Positions 21,388-37,000 of a stretch of DNA of 64,000 nt are shown piece after piece. The number at the start of each line of letters is the position of its first letter. Position 1 is the stretch's first letter. The notes under the pieces were generated by a model. It did no database searches. It was not told the origin of the DNA and saw nothing but the letters and a program-made list of their open reading frames with translations. The DNA comes from Eledone cirrhosa. Its lineage: Eukaryota. Position numbers and translations under genes: made by a program. The stretch lies in assembly GCA_964016885.1 (NCBI GenBank), contig OZ024743.1, positions 90,272,001 to 90,336,000 of the forward strand, in the 5' to 3' direction.

Positions 21388-21550
21388 GGCATGGCTGTGA
21401 TGTAGTGATTAAGGAGTTTGGTTCACAACAATGTCGTTTCAGGTTCAGTCCCACTACAAAGCACCTTAAACAAGTGTCTTCTACTATAGCCTCAGATTCG
21501 CCAATGCCTTGCGAGAGGAATTTAGTAGACAGAAACTGTGTGGAAGCTAG
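21388..21550 (+). mobile_element. tRNA-derived SINE (different octopus-type family), diverged
   Basis: GGCATGGCTGTG..GGTTCAGTCCCACT..GCACCTT..CAAGTGTCTTCTACTATAGCCTC..GTAGACAGAAACTG. Confidence 0.75.
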
Positions 21551-21562
21551 TTTATGTATATA

Positions 21563-22195
21563 TCATCATCATCGTTTTTATGTCCACTTTTCCATGCTTG
21601 GATGGTTTGGGTGGGTCCTTTTTCAGCACAGTATCTCTCCACTTGTCACGTTCCTTTGCTATCTCCTCTGTGCAAGGGCTTTGTTTCAGGGGGGTACCAG
21701 GGGACAAGTCCCACTACTTTTTCAAACGTTTATATTTTATTTTTTGTTCATTTGATATAATAAATCCTTTTTAAGCTTATTCTTTTATATCTGAACTTCA
21801 TTTGAATATATAAAATTTAATTAGTGTAAAATTTTACTTATTTGATAGGGTCCAGGAAAGGCACAATAAGCAATTTATACTCCTTTAAGAATCAACAAAT
21901 TTTGGTTTGTACTCCTCATATTTTTAAGACAAACGAGGCTCCTGCCTCTGAGTCTTAGCAATTTGAGGTTAGCTCCAACAACCCCTGCCCAGATCTTCCT
22001 TGGTCTACCTCTACTGTGGCTTCCATCCATGGGGATTTCCTGGCACTTCTTCACTCAGCGATCATTGTCCATGGGCATCACATATCCATACTAATGTAGT
22101 CTTTTCTCCTGCACACCACCTCAGATTCCTCTTAAACCCAGCTTCCCCCTCAATTCATCAAAGCTCTGCCCTTCTTTCCCACTTGCTTTGTACAT
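21563..22195 (-). mobile_element. Degenerate RTE LINE 3' fragment interrupted by a MITE
   Basis: Collinear with 20398-20750 on both sides of the 21673-21944 insert. Confidence 0.7.
21673..21944. mobile_element. hAT-type MITE with an 8-bp target-site duplication
   Basis: TSD CCTCTGTG (21665-21672) / CCTCTGAG (21945-21952). The imperfect TIRs CAAGGGCTTTGTTT ... AAACGAGGCTCCTG match 10/14. The insert interrupts an RTE fragment. Confidence 0.7.
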
Positions 22196-22619
22196 TAAAA
22201 TTTGATTTTTCTTTCAGGTTACTTTTCTAAATTAAGTGCTGGTCCATGTGCTTCATTAATAGCTGCAGATTCGTCTTAAACCCAGCTTCTCCCTTAGGTT
22301 ATATATATATATATATATATATATGAATAAAATGGAATCAAACAGTTTTTATGGTTGTTTATTGTTTATTTTAAGGAATTACATTTAAGATCATGTTTAA
22401 GATCATATAAAAAAAAAGATACATGTTTGAACAAATGATATCCTTTAAACACTATCACATCCCACACTCTCACAGTAATGATTGAACAATGATTGAAACA
22501 CACAAACACACCAATTACATTATATACAGACATACATGAGAAAGTATTATACAAGAGTTAACATTCCTATGTTCAATGCTAGCATTTTAAGGCAATTTTT
22601 TGCTGCCACTTAGATTTAT

Positions 22620-22820
22620 TAGTACTTCTTCACTCAGTATTTATCATCCATACACATCACATGTCCATACCAGCACAGTCTTCTCTCTTGCACACCACAT
22701 CTGATTCCTCTTATACCCAGTTTTCCTCTCAGTTCATTCATGCACATCCATCAAAGCATGCTCACTTCATTTCTTTCCAACCTTTGCATGTCCTCTGCAT
22801 TCACTGCCCATGTCTCATGA
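22620..22820 (-). mobile_element. Degenerate RTE LINE fragment
   Basis: CATCACATGTCCATACCAGCACAGTCTTCTCTCTTGCACACCACATCTGATTCCTCTTAT is the antisense of IRGIRCGVQERRLCWYGHVM. Confidence 0.8.
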
Positions 22821-23690
22821 TATCTAATGGTGAGATCACTTAATATAATATTAATAAATTTACATCACAAAAACTAAGCTTCCTGGGACAGAAAATACTT
22901 TAATGCTGATCAGTTGAAAACTCTCTGACAATCTCAAATGTAACCCACATATCTGAAAGAGTGCTGCTCTCTCTCTCTCACACACACACACACATAGAAG
23001 CTAGACCAGACCACTAATAAAGTTACGATTTCACATTTAATATATTTAAAAACAATTTTTTTTTACAGAAAACTTTAAAAGACTATAGAAACATTACATG
23101 TTCATATAAAGTTGACAAAAATAGAAAACAAAAATGTATTTTCTTCTTATAACTTTTTGATTAGAAGTCAGAAAAAGACTTTATTTTAGAAAGGGTTTCA
23201 CTATCACTTATGAAATCATGGTTCCCCTTGTTTGTACAAAATTTGGTCTCTTTTTCCACTTTTTGGGGGGGAAAAACAAATAAAATAAAAGATTCCAATA
23301 TATAATAATGGAATTACACAGATAAGCATTTAAATATAAGAAAACTTCCAGAGTTTTCTGTGTATATAAAACATATTTCGTATTGGATGATGTAGAAGAA
23401 AATATAGAAAAGTTTAATATTGACCAGATGAGTATGATTTGGTCTCCGGACATGACTTGTCTCATAACATAACTCATCTAACCCAGAAAGTGTGGAAAAT
23501 AGACATTAAAGGATGATACTTCTGTTGTTGTTTTAATGAATACTTAACTCTGTTCCTGCAGCAGCCACAGGATATCACATCTACGATGTATGATTTGCAT
23601 AATGTTGAGCGCTTTAATTAATTTATTGCATCATCGTTTACCAACCCGAACCACCAGTTCTACCCATTGGTAAACAGCCTAACATAAATA

Positions 23691-23734
<44 letters not shown>

Positions 23735-24414
23735 ATATATATATATATATCATCATTATTATTATCATCATCATTTAACGTCCACTTTCCCTGCTAGCAA
23801 GGGTTGGATGTTTTCATAGACCAAGTCTGTACTGAAGCAGGGCTACTGACCTCCCAGACAGGCCAGGGGTTTGCACCTTGCTTACATACAGTTCTATATT
23901 CTACTAAGTCCATTTTATCATGGGACCAGTACTAAAGAGTTTGTCATGCCTTCGACACAAATGGAGGGTCTTCCAAACCTTTTATTTGGCAAGCTTTCTA
24001 TGGCTGGATGTTCTTCCTAACACCAACCACTTCACAGCATGTACTGGATGCATTTATCATGAATACATATATATATATATATATATATTACAAATATTAT
24101 GATTTGAAAAGTTTCAAGAAATGAATGGGCCCATTTCAATAATGTGTGTGAATGTGTGCGTGTGTGTGTTTGTAATGATGTTGATATATAACCATTAAGT
24201 CATTTCCACAGCATTTCTGTAGTCGGTGAGTTCCTTGGATAGTTTCATACGTGTATAATTTGCTCCTAAGATAATCATGAAATGGGCCTAAAACAAAAAC
24301 AAAATAACAATTAGTTCAAGAGTGAATTGCAGTATTTTCTGACACCAACATTAAAGACCCATGCTGTTAACTCTTTTGTGGCCATATTTCTAATGAAATA
24401 CACTATTTCATTTA

Positions 24415-24600
24415 ATTGAAGAATTTTGCAAAACCAAACAGCAGGAGACCCAGGGGTAAACACTGAGCAAGCTGGTTGGATAACATCCATGAACTTGGCT
24501 AGTCTCTCTTGGGGATCCAGCTGGATCAGTTGGAGATGGTTGCTTCTGGCAAGACCCTCTGGAAGGAGTTTTTGAAGACTGCCCCCACAACCCTCTCAGA
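24415..24600 (+). mobile_element. Degenerate LINE (RTE-like) C-terminal fragment
   Basis: Translates KPNSRRPRGKH*ASWLDNIHELG*SLLGIQLDQLEMVASGKTLWK, resembling the RPRGRP..W.D....A.DR..WR tail. Confidence 0.6.
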
Positions 24601-25020
24601 AATATTTAGACGAAAAAGAGGAAGAATTTTGCAGGATCTACTAAACTTACTAATTATTTCATTATACTAAGATAATAACTTAATATATAGATTTTATATA
24701 ATATGTTGGACGATTTTAATTTAAATAACAACCCTTTAAAATAGATGATTTTGTTTCAGAGAAACAAAAGGTGTCATCACATATGTAAAAAAGAACAAAA
24801 CAGTCCTACATAGTAGGTTATGTTTGAACACAATAGAGAAGTGATGCTCAAACTATTTTTACTTGTGGTATACTTTAGAACAAGTAAAAATATTTAGACA
24901 TACTTTGTACCTAAATTTGAAAATATATTCAAAAGTTGTATTTATATTTATTAACATAGCATAAAGTAGAAATATAGATAATGAAAAACGTGATTGTTTG
25001 TACTTACTTTTTTGGTTAAC

Positions 25021-28000
25021 ATATACAGTCAACATCTACACACTGTATCTATCTATATGGTCAACATCTATACACTGTATTTATATAGTCAACATCTACA
25101 CACTTTATATATATAGTCGACATCTACACACTGTGTCTATCTATACAGTCAACATCTACACACTGTATCTATATACTAAACATCTACACACTGTATCTAT
25201 ATAGTCAACATCTACACACTGTATCTATATAGTCAACATCTACACACTGTATCTATCTATACAGTCAACATCTACACACTGTATCTATGTATAGAGTCAA
25301 CATCTACACACTGTACCTATATAGTCAACATCTACACATTGTATCTATATAGTCAACATCTACACACTGTATCTATCTATATAGTCAACGTCTACACACT
25401 GTATCTATCTATACAGTCAACATCTACACACTGTATCTATCTATACAGTCAACATCTACACACTGCATCTGTATAGTCAACATCTACACACTGTATCTAT
25501 ATATATAGTCAACATCTACACAATGTATCTATATAGTCAACATCTACACACTGTATCTATATATATAGTCAACATCTACACACTGTATCTATATATGTAG
25601 TCAACATCTACACACTGTCCCTATCTATACAGTCAACATCTACACACTGTATCTATATATATAGTCAACATCTACACACTGTATCTTTCTATACAGTCAA
25701 CATCTACACACTGTATCTGTATAGTCAACATCTACACACTGTATCTATATAGTCAACATCTACACACTGTATCTATCTATACAGTCAACATCTACACACT
25801 GTATCTATCTATACAGTCAACATCTACACACTGTGTCTATCTATACAGTCAACATCTACACACTGTATCTATATAGTCAACATCTACACACTGTATCTAT
25901 ATAGTCAACATCTACACACTGTATCTATACAGTCAACATCTACACACAGTATCTATATATACAGTCAACATCTACACACTGTATCTATATAGTCAACATC
26001 TACACACTGTATATATACTGTCAACATCTACACACTGTATCTATCTATACAGTCAACATCTACACACTGTATCTATATAGTCAACACCTACACACTCTAT
26101 CTATCTATACAGTCAACATCTATACACTGTATCTATATAGTCAACATATATACACTGTATCTATATAGTCAACATCTACACACTGTATCTATATAGTCAA
26201 CATCTACACACTGTATCTATATAGTCAACATCTACACACTGTATCTATACAGTCAACATCTACACACAGTATCTAAATAGTCAACATCTACACACTGTAT
26301 CTATCTATACAGTCAACATCTACACACTGTATCTATACAGGCAACATCTACATACTGTATCTACCTATATAGTCAACATCTACACACTGTATCTATCTAT
26401 ACAGTCAACATCTACACACTGTATCTATCTATACAGTCAACATCTACACACTGTATCTATATAGTCAACATCTACACATTGTATCTATCTATATAGTCAA
26501 CATCTACACACTGTATCTATATAGTCAACATCTACACACGGTATCTATACAGTCAACATCTACACACAGTATCTATATAGTCAACATCTACACACTGTAT
26601 CTATCTATACTGTCAACATCTACACACTGTATCTATCTATACAGTCAAAATCTACACACTGTATCTATCTATACAGTCAACATCTACACACTGTATCTAT
26701 ACAGTCAACATCGACACACTGTATCTATACAGTCAACATCTACACACTGTATCTATATAGTCAACATCTACACACTGTATCTATATATATAGTCAACATC
26801 TACACACTGTATCTATATAGTCAACATCTACACACTGTATCTATACAGTCAACGTCTACACACTATCTATACAGTCAACATCTACACACTGTATCGATCT
26901 ATACAATCAACATCTACACACTGTATCTATCTATATAGTCAACATCTATACACTGTATCTATCTATACAGTCAACATCTACACACTGTATCTATATAGTC
27001 AACATCTACACACTGTATCTATATAGTCAACATCTACACACTGTATCTATACAGTCAACATCTACACACTGTATCTATCTATACAGTCAACATCTATACA
27101 CTGTATCTATATAGTCAACATCTACACACTGTATCTATCTATACAGTCAATATCTACGTAATGTATCTATATAGTCAACATCTACACACTGTATCTATCT
27201 ATACAGTCAACATCTACACACTGTATCTATATAGTCAACATCTACACACTGTATCTATCTATATAGTCAACATCTACACACTGTATCTATACAGTAAAAC
27301 ATCTACACACTGTATCTATACAGTCAACATCTACACACTGTATCTATCTATATAGTCAACATCTACACACTGTATCTATATAGTCAACATCTACACACTG
27401 TATCTATATAGTCAACATCTACACACTGTATCTATATAGTCAACATCTACACACTGTATCTATACAGTCAACATCTACACACTGTAACTATCTATACAGT
27501 CAACATCTACACACTGTATCTATACAGTCAACATCTACACACTGTATCTATATAGTCAACATCTACACACTGTATCTATATAGTCAACATCTACACACTG
27601 TATCTATATAGTCAACATCTACACACTGTATCTATATAGTCAACATCTACACACTGTATCTATACAGTCAACATCTACACACTGTATCTATCTATACAGT
27701 GAACATCTACACACTGTATCTATATAGTCAACATCTACACACTGTATCTATATAGTCAACATCTACACACTGTATCTATATAGTCAAAATCTACACGCTG
27801 TATCTATCTATACAGTCAACATCTACACACTGTATCTATACAGTCAACATCTACACACTGTATCTATACAGTCAACATCTACACACTGTATCTATATATG
27901 TAGTCAACATCTACACACTGTCCCTATCTATACAGTCAACATCTACACACTGTATCTATATATATAGTCAACATCTACACACTGTATCTTTCTATACAGT

Positions 28001-31000
28001 CAACATCTACACACTGTATCTATATAGTCAACATCTACACACTGTATCTATATAGTCAACATCTACACACTATCTATCTATACAGTCAACATCTACACAC
28101 TGTATCTATCTATACAGTCAACATCTACACACTGTGTCTATCTATACAGTCAACATCTACACACTGTATCTATATAGTCAACATCTACACACTGTATCTA
28201 TATAGTCAACATCTACACACTGTATCTATACAGTCAACATCTACACACAGTATCTATATATACAGTCAACATCTACACACTGTATCTATATAGTCAACAT
28301 CTACACACTGTATATATACTGTCAACATCTACACACTGTATCTATCTATACAGTCAACATCTACACACTGTATCTATATAGTCAACACCTACACACTCTA
28401 TCTATCTATACAGTCAACATCTATACACTGTATCTATATAGTCAACATATATACACTGTATCTATATAGTCAACATCTACACACTGTATCTATATAGTCA
28501 ACATCTACACACTGTATCTATATAGTCAACATCTACACACTGTATCTATACAGTCAACATCTACACACAGTATCTATATAGTCAACATCTACACACTGTA
28601 TCTATCTATACAGTCAACATCTACACACTGTATCTATACAGGCAACATCTACATACTGTATCTACCTATATAGTCAACATCTACACACCGTATCTATCTA
28701 TACAGTCAACATCTACACACTGTATCTATATAGTCAACATCTACACATTGTATCTATCTATATAGTCAGTCAACATCTACACACGGTATCTATACAGTCA
28801 ACATCTACACACAGTATCTATATAGTCAACATCTCCACACTGTATCTATCTATACTGTCAACATCTACACACTGTATCTATCTATACAGTCAAAATCTAC
28901 ACACTGTATCTATCTATACAGTCAACATCTACACACTGTATCTATACAGTCAACATCGACACACTGTATCTATACAGTCAACATCTACACACTGTATCTA
29001 TATAGTCAACATCTACACACTGTATCTATATATATAGTCAACATCTACACACTGTATCTATATAGTCAACATCTACACACTGTATCTATACAGTCAACGT
29101 CTACACACTATCTATACAGTCAACATCTACACACTGTATCGATCTATACAATCAACATCTACACACTGTATCTATCTATATAGTCAACATCTATACACTG
29201 TATCTATCTATACAGTCAACATCTACACACTGTATCTATATAGTCAACATCTACACACTGTATCTATATAGTCAACATCTACACACTGTATCTATCTATA
29301 CAGTCAACATCTACACACTGTATCTATACAGTCAAAATCTACACACTGTATCTATATAGTCAACATCTACACACTGTATCTATACAGTCAACATCTACAC
29401 ACTGTATCTATCTATACAGTCAACATCTATACACTGTATCTATATAGTCAACATCTACACACTGTATCTATCTATACAGTCAATATCTACGTAATGTATC
29501 TATATAGTCAACATCTACACACTGTATCTATCTATATAGTCAACATCTACACACTATCTATACAGTCAACATCTACACACTGTATCTATCTATACAGTCA
29601 ACATCTACACACTGTATCTATATAGTCAACATCTACACACTGTATCTATCTATATAGTCAACATCTACACACTGTATCTATACAGTAAAACATCTACACA
29701 CTGTATCTATACAGTCAACATCTACACACTGTATCTATCTATATAGTCAACATCTACACACTGTATCTATATAGTCAACATCTACACACTGTATCTATAT
29801 AGTCAACATCTACACACTGTATCTATATAGTCAACATCTACACGCTGTATCTATACAGTCAACATCTACACACTGTATCTATCTATACAGTCAACATCTA
29901 CACACTGTATCTATACAGTCAACATCTACACACTGTATCTATATAGTCAACATCTACACACTGTATCTATATAGTCAACATCTACACACTGTATCTATAT
30001 AGTCAACATCTACACACTGTATCTATATAGTCAACATCTACACACTGTATCTATACGGTCAACATCTACACACTGTATCTATCTATACAGTCAACATCTA
30101 TACACTGTATCTATATAGGCAACATCTACACGCTGTACCTAAACAGTCAACATCTACACACTGTATTTATCTATATAGTCAACATCTACACACTGTATCT
30201 ATCTATACAGTCAACATCTACACACTGTATCTATCTATACAGTCAACATCTACACACTGTATCTATATAGTCAACATCTACACACTGTATCTATATATAT
30301 AGTCAACATCTACACACTGTATCTATATAGTCAACATCTACACACTGTATCTATATATATAGTCAACATCTACACACTGTATCTATATATATAGTCAACA
30401 TCTACACACTGTATCTATATACTAAACATCTACACACTGTATCTATATAGTCAACATCTACACACTGTATCTATATAGTCAACATCTACACACTGTATCT
30501 ATCTATACAGTCAACATCTACACGCTGTATCTATGTATAGAGTCAACATCTACACACTGTACCTATATAGTCAACATCTACACATTGTATCTATATAGTC
30601 AACATCTACACACTGTATCTATCTATATAGTCAACATCTACACACTGTATCTATCTATACAGTCAACATCTACACACTGTATCTATCTATACAGTCAACA
30701 TCTACACACTGCATCTATATAGTCAACATCTACACACTGTATCTATATATATAGTCAACATCTACACAATGTATCTATATAGTCAACATCTACACACTGT
30801 ATCTATATATATAGTCAACATCTACACAATGTATCTATATAGTCAACATCTACACACTGTATCTATATATATAGTCAACATCTACACACTGTATCTATAT
30901 ATGTAGTCAACATCTACACACTGTCCCTATCTATACAGTCAACATCTACACACTGTATCTATATATATAGTCAACATCTACACACTGTATCTTTCTATAC

Positions 31001-34000
31001 AGTCAACATCTACACACTGTATCTATATAGTCAACATCTACACACTGTATCTATATAGTCAACATCTACACACTGTATCTATCTATACAGTCAACATCTA
31101 CACACTGTATCTATCTATACAGTCAACATCTACACACTGTGTCTATCGATACAGTCAACATCTACACACTGTATCTATATAGTCAACATCTACACACTGT
31201 ATCTATATAGTCAACATCTACACACTGTATCTATACAGTCAACATCTACACTCTGTATCTATATATACAGTCAACATCTACACACTGTATCTATATAGTC
31301 AACATCTACACACTGTATATATACTGTCAACATCTACACACTGTATCTATCTATACAGTCAACATCTACACACTGTATCTATATAGTCAACATCTGCACA
31401 CTGTATCTATATAGTCAACATCTACACACTGTATCTATCTATATAGTCAACATCTATACACTGTATTTATATAGTCAACATCTACACACTGTATCTATCT
31501 ATACTGTCAACATCTACACACTGTATCTATCTATACAGTCAAAATCTACACACTGTGTCTATCTATCCAGTCAACATCTACACACTGTATCTATACAGTC
31601 AACATCGACACACTGTATCTATACAGCCAACATCTACACACTGTATCTATATAGTCAACATCTACACACTGTATCTATATATATAGTCAACATCTACACA
31701 CTGTATCTATATAGTCAACATCTACACACTGTATCTATACAGTCAACATCTACACACTGTATCTATACAGTCAACATCTACACACTATCTATACAGTCAA
31801 CATCTACACACTGTATCTATCTATACAATCAACATCTACACACTGTATCTATCTATATAGTCAAAATCTATACACTGTATCTATATAGTCAACATCTACA
31901 CACTGTATCTATCTATACAATCAACATCTACACACTGTATCTATACAGTCAACATCTACACACTATATCTATATAGTCAACATCTACACACTGTATCTAT
32001 CTATATAGTCAACATCTACACACTGTATCTATCTATATAGTCAACATCTACACACTGTATCTATACAGTCAACATCTACACACTGTATCTATCTATATAG
32101 TCAACATCTACACACTGTATCTATATAGTCAACATCTACACACTGTATCTATATAGTCAACATCTACACACTGTATCTATATAGTCAACATCTACACACT
32201 GTATCTATATAGTCAACATCTACACACTGTATCTATATAGGCAACATCTACACACTGTATCTATACAGTCAACATCTACACACTGTATCTATCTATATAG
32301 TCAACATCTACACACTGTATCTATCTATACAGTCAACATCTACACACTGTATCTATATAGTCAACATCTACACACTGTATCTATATATATAGTCAACATC
32401 TACACACTGTATCTATATAGTCAACATCTACACACTGTATCTATATATATAGTCAACATCTACACACTGTATCTATATATATAGTCAACATCTACACACT
32501 GTATCTATCTATACAGTCAACATCTACACACTGTATCTATCTATACAGTCAACATCTACACACTGTATCTATATATATATAGGGTACATCTACACACTGT
32601 ATCTATATATATATAGGGAACATCTACACACTGTATCTATACAGTCAACATCTACACACTGTATCTATCTATACAGTCAACATCTACACACTGTGTCTAT
32701 CTATACAGTCAACATCTACACACTGTATATATACAGTCAACATCTACACACTGTATCTATATAGTCAACATCTACACACTGTATCTATACAGTCAACATC
32801 TACACACTGTATCTATATAGTCAACATCTACACACTGTATCTATCTATACTGTCAACATCTACACACTGTATCTATCTATACAGTCAACATCTACACACT
32901 GTGTCTATCTATACAGTCAACATCTACACAGGGTATCTATATAGTCAACACCTACACACTGTATCTATCTATACAGTCATCTACACACTATATCTATATA
33001 GTCAACATCTACACACTGTATCTATCTATACTGTCAACATCTACACACTGTATCTATCTATACAGTCAACATCTACACACTGTGTCTATCTATAAAGTCA
33101 ACATCTACACACTGTATCTATACAGTCAACATCTACACACTATCTATACAGTCAAAATCTACACACTGTATCTATCTATATAGTCAATATCTACACACTG
33201 TATCTATCTATATAGTCAAAATCTACACACTGTATCTATATAGTCAACATCTACACATTGTATCTATCTATACAGTCAACATCTACACACTGTATCTATC
33301 TATACAGTCAAAATCTACACACTGTGTCTATATATCCAGTCAACATCTACACACTGTATCTATACAGTCAACATCGACACACTGTATCTATACAGTCAAC
33401 ATCTACACACTGTATCTATATAGTCAACATCTACACAGTGTATCTATATATATAGTCAACATCTACACACTGTATCTATATAGTCAACATCTACACACTG
33501 TATCTATACAGTCAACATCTACACACTGTATCTATACAGTCAACATCTACACACTATCTATACAGTCAACATCTACACACTGTATCTATCTATACAATCA
33601 ACATCTACACACTGTATCTATCTATATTGTCAACATCTATACACTGTATCTATATAGTCAACATCTACACACTGTATCTATCTATACAGTCAACATCTAC
33701 ACACTTTATCTATACAGTCAACATCTACACACTGTATCTATATAGTCAACATCTACACACTGTATCTATATAGTCAACATCTCCACACTGTATCTATATA
33801 GTCAACATCTACACACTGTATATATACAGTCAACATCTACACACTGTATCTATCTATACAGTCAACATCTACATACTGTATCTATCTATACAGTCAACAT
33901 CTACACACTGTATCTATATAGTCAACATCTACACACTGTATCTATATATATAGTCAACATCTACACACTGTATCTATATAGTCAACATCTACACACTGTA

Positions 34001-37000
34001 TCTATATATATAGTCAACATCTACACACTGTATCTTTATATATATAGTCAACATCTACACACTGTATCTATATATATAGTCAACATCTACACACTGTATC
34101 TATCTATACAGTCAACATCTACACACTGTATCTATATACTCAACATCTATGCACTGTATCTATATAGTCAACATCTACACACTGTATCTATATACTCAAC
34201 ATCTACACACTGTATCTATCTATACAGTCAACATCTACACACTGTATCTATATATATAGTCAACATCTACACACTGTTCTATATAGTCAACATCTACACA
34301 CTGTATCTATATAGTCAACATCTACACACTGTATCTATATAGTCAACATCTACACACTGTATCTATCTATATAGTCAACATCTACACACTGTATCTATCT
34401 ATATAGTCAACATCTACACACTGTATCTATCTATACAGTCAACATCTACACACTGTATCTATCTATACAGTCAACATCTACACACTGTATCTATATAGTC
34501 AACATCTACACACTGTATCTATATAGTCAACATCTACACACTGTATCTATATATATATTGTCAACATCTACACACTGTATCTATATAGTCAACATCTACA
34601 CACTGTATCTATATATATAGTCAACATCTAAGCACTGTATCTATATATATAGTCAACATCTACACACTGTATCTATCTATACAGTCAACATCTACACACT
34701 GTGTCTATCTATACAGTCAACATCTACACACTGTATATATACAGTCAACATCTACACACTGTATCTATATATATAGTCAACATCTACACACTGTATCTAT
34801 ATAGTCAACATCTACACACTGTATCTATCTATATAGTCAACATCTACACACTGTATCTATCTATACAGTCAACATCTACACACTGTATCTATCTATACAG
34901 TCAACATCTACACACTGTATCTATATAGTCAACATCTACACACTGTATCTATATAGTCAACATCTACACACTGTATCTATCTATACAGTCAACATCTACA
35001 CACTGTATCTATATAGTCAACATCTACACACTGTATCTATCTATATAGTCAACATCTACACACTGTATCTATCTATACAGTCAACATCTACACACTGTAT
35101 CTATATAGTCAACATCTACACACTGTATCTATATATATAGTCAGCATCTACACACTGTATCTATATAGTCAACATCTACACACTGTATCTATATATATAG
35201 TCAACATCTACACACTGTATCTATATATATAGTCAACATCTACACACTATCTATCTATACAGTCAACATCTACACACTCTATCTATCTATATAGTCAACA
35301 TCTATACACTGTATCTATCTATACAGTCAACATCTACACACTGTATCTATATAGTCAACATCTACACACTGTATCTATATAGTCAACATCTACACACTGT
35401 ATCTATACAGTCAACATCTACACACTGTATCTATCTATACAGTCAACATCTATACACTGTATCTATATAGTCAACATCTACACACTGTATCTATCTATAC
35501 AGTCAATATCTACGTAATGTATCTATATAGTCAACATCTACACACTGTATCTATCTATACAGTCAACATCTACACACTGTATCTATATAGTCAACATCTA
35601 CACACTGTATCTATCTATATAGTCAACATCTACACACTGTATCTATACAGTAAAACATCTACACACTGTATCTATACAGTCAACATCTACACACTGTATC
35701 TATCTATATAGTCAACATCTACACACTGTATCTATCTAGTCAACATCTACACACTGTATCTATATAGTCAACATCTACACACTGTATCTATATAGTCAAC
35801 ATCTACACACTGTATCTATACAGTCAACATCTACACACTGTAACTATCTATACAGTCAACATCTACACACTGTATCTATACAGTCAACATCTACACACTG
35901 TATCTATATAGTCAACATCTACACACTGTATCTATATAGTCAACATCTACACACTGTATCTATATAGTCAACATCTACACACTGTATCTATATAGTCAAC
36001 ATCTACACACTGTATCTATACAGTCAACATCTACACACTGTATCTATCTATACAGTGAACATCTACACACTGTATCTATATAGTCAACATCTACACACTG
36101 TATCTATATAGTCAACATCTACACACTGTATCTATATAGTCAAAATCTACACGCTGTATCTATCTATACAGTCAACATCTACACACTGTATCTATACAGT
36201 CAACATCTACACACTGTATCTATACAGTCAACATCTACACACTGTATCTATATATGTAGTCAACATCTACACACTGTCCCTATCTATACAGTCAACATCT
36301 ACACACTGTATCTATATATATAGTCAACATCTACACACTGTATCTTTCTATACAGTCAACATCTACACACTGTATCTATATAGTCAACATCTACACACTG
36401 TATCTATATAGTCAACATCTACACACTATCTATCTATACAGTCAACATCTACACACTGTATCTATCTATACAGTCAACATCTACACACTGTGTCTATCTA
36501 TACAGTCAACATCTACACACTGTATCTATATAGTCAACATCTACACACTGTATCTATATAGTCAACATCTACATACTGTATCTATACAGTCAACATCTAC
36601 ACACAGTATCTATATATACAGTCAACATCTACACACTGTATCTATATAGTCAACATCTACACACTGTATATATACTGTCAACATCTACACACTGTATCTA
36701 TCTATACAGTCAACATCTACACACTGTATCTATATAGTCAACACCTACACACTCTATCTATCTATACAGTCAACATCTATACACTGTATCTATATAGTCA
36801 ACATATATACACTGTATCTATATAGTCAACATCTACACACTGTATCTATATAGTCAACATCTACACACTGTATCTATATAGTCAACATCTACACACTGTA
36901 TCTATACAGTCAACATCTACACACAGTATCTATATAGTCAACATCTACACACTGTATCTATCTATACAGTCAACATCTACACACTGTATCTATACAGGCA

